From the NCBI GenBank assembly GCA_008690995.1, contig VRMN01000006.1, positions 744,001 through 808,000 of the forward strand: 64,000 nt of DNA. The letters are read 5' to 3'. The notes beneath the pieces were generated by a model that was not told the DNA's origin, ran no database searches, and saw only the letters and a program-made list of their open reading frames with translations. Of this stretch, positions 62,556-64,000 are shown in pieces. The translations under genes were made by a program, and so were the position numbers. This DNA is from Porphyridium purpureum. Lineage: Eukaryota. The first letter of the stretch is position 1. Each line of letters begins with the position of its first letter.

Positions 62556-64000
62556 TCACGAGGCGGATCCCCACGGCATTGAGAACGCCCGCTTCACACC
62601 GTCCAGGCTCGACTTTGTCAACCTCGACGCACGTAGACTCAGTCTGCTTTGCCGAAGACCGTTGCTTTTGCGCAAGCCACCACGACTCGAGCGCAGCTCC
62701 GGGTTCGGCGCCGTGTCGCTTCGCTTGGGGGAGATCGTGGCCAGCGGCTCCTCGCCCACCTTTTCCTCGGGCTTGAAGTTGACGGTTCTCGAAGCGACCG
62801 CGGGCATGCGTGACGATGCCGAGTCGCCCCTGTAAAACTGCTTTGTGCGGTTGCTGTGTATCTGCCGGTGGTTCTCTGCGGTGCGCGTGTAATTGAGATT
62901 CGACAGCACGAACCGATCCGGCGGCGATTCGCAATCACGCACGACCATGTCGTCGGTGGTGATCCTATCAGGAAGCGCAGTGCCAAGCAGTACGCCGCCT
63001 TGCGCGATCTTGAACTCATACAGATTGCCTGGCGAGCGAATCCATTGGCTCTCGAGACACTGTGCAGCGCTCCACCGCTGCGCCGGATGCCCTACGAGTA
63101 AATTGTCCAGCAATTCGAGCGCCCCGGGCGATACACCCTCCAGCCCTTGCATGTTCCTGCGCTTGGCCAGCACCATACCATTCACCTCTGCGTGCGTGCG
63201 GCCCGGAAAGGGCATCGCGCCCGTGAGCAGCTGGTTCAGCACCACGCCTACGGACCACATGTCTGCGGCCGGCGTCGCGCGCTCGCGCAAGTCGAACCGA
63301 AAAAATTCTGGCGCGCAGTATCTCGGGTCCGGCAGGTCAAACGCCTTGTTGCCGAGCTTGCGGAGTGGGTCCTTCAGCTTGAGGCACTCAAAGTTGTCCA
63401 GCAACTGCAACATGTTGAACTCGCCGAGGAACACGCGGTCCCCGGAAACGTGAATGTTCATGGGATGAATGTTCCCGTGCACGCAGCCGCGTTCGTGCAA
63501 GTATGCTAGCGCTGAGAAGATCTGAGTAAACCATTTGCTCAGCAGCGCCTCGCTGGGCTCACAAGCACCTGAATGCGTCCTTGAATCAGCGCTGAAGCTT
63601 GAAAACCCGCGCGGGCCGCCCAAGGGCTTTGTTTGGGTGCGCCGGCGGCTGCGCTCAATCGACGCCTCGGACGAAACTTTCGACATGTGGCGCGCCATGG
63701 GCTGCTGGTCAGCACAGCTCTTGGGCGTCTCTGCCTTGGAAGGCAGCCGCGCTTCCCGGTCCAAGCGATTCGATGCGCCAGACAGCGTTGCCTCCAGCGG
63801 AGTGAGGCGCTGCTCCAGGGCGTCTGTGTCGTCTTCATGAGTTATTTCGGTGCCCATGCGGCGGAATAGCGCGTTGAGGATGTTTCGGTCGGTGCCCAGC
63901 TCGTACACGAAATACAGAGCGCGCGGCTCGGCGAAAAAGTACACCAGTTCCGCAAGGTTTGGATGTTGCGCGCTCCTCATCCGGTCCAGCTCCAGACGGA
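62556..64000 (-). CDS. CAMK-like pseudokinase, C-terminal part, enters from the right edge
   Basis: RLELDRM..AQHPNL, LYFVYE, QIFSALAYLH, VHGNIHPMNI, LGEF, YCAPE, ADMWSVGV, RWSAAQCL. Confidence 0.9.
   Translation of the reverse strand, partial: RLELDRMRSAQHPNLAELVYFFAEPRALYFVYELGTDRNILNALFRRMGTEITHEDDTDALEQRLTPLEATLSGASNRLDREARLPSKAETPKSCADQQPMARHMSKVSSEASIERSRRRTQTKPLGGPRGFSSFSADSRTHSGACEPSEALLSKWFTQIFSALAYLHERGCVHGNIHPMNIHVSGDRVFLGEFNMLQLLDNFECLKLKDPLRKLGNKAFDLPDPRYCAPEFFRFDLRERATPAADMWSVGVVLNQLLTGAMPFPGRTHAEVNGMVLAKRRNMQGLEGVSPGALELLDNLLVGHPAQRWSAAQCLESQWIRSPGNLYEFKIAQGGVLLGTALPDRITTDDMVVRDCESPPDRFVLSNLNYTRTAENHRQIHSNRTKQFYRGDSASSRMPAVASRTVNFKPEEKVGEEPLATISPKRSDTAPNPELRSSRGGLRKSNGLRQSRLSLRASRLTKSSLDGVKRAFSMPWGSAS

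Overview
Gene-dense, almost intron-free, GC-rich eukaryotic nuclear DNA. The MAF/GFV-type transit peptides, HCF107-like protein, Hint-domain protein and compact layout suggest a unicellular red alga such as Porphyridium (inference, not verified). About 28 protein genes are supportable: PH-domain protein, two alpha/beta hydrolases, RecQ1-like helicase, BAR+auxilin J protein, ARL1, MsrB-like, eIF2D, PAP2, TSET sigma-like, HIT+RRM, PD-(D/E)XK nuclease, IF2_N-like, HCF107/Mbb1, TMX2, BRCA1/BARD1-like, Hint protein, RWP-RK, ISY1, ABCB, two ARM proteins, a U/P-type cyclin and kinase fragments. There are three transposon islands. The first is a TIR-bounded Tc1 relic (13456-14845). The second is a relic cluster (about 33100-35600). 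The third is an intact, very young Ty3/Gypsy element (54382-59850) nested in a dead Tc3-like transposon. Main observations: the Gypsy LTRs carry two perfect heat-shock elements upstream of the TATA box; the two window edges are complementary halves of what reads as one pseudokinase gene; two divergent genes have overlapping start codons; a HIT+RRM fusion lies tail-to-tail with a Cas4/AddB-like nuclease; and there is an unannotated pseudogene paralog of a secreted Cys-rich orphan. All family calls come from motif recognition by eye; no searches were run.
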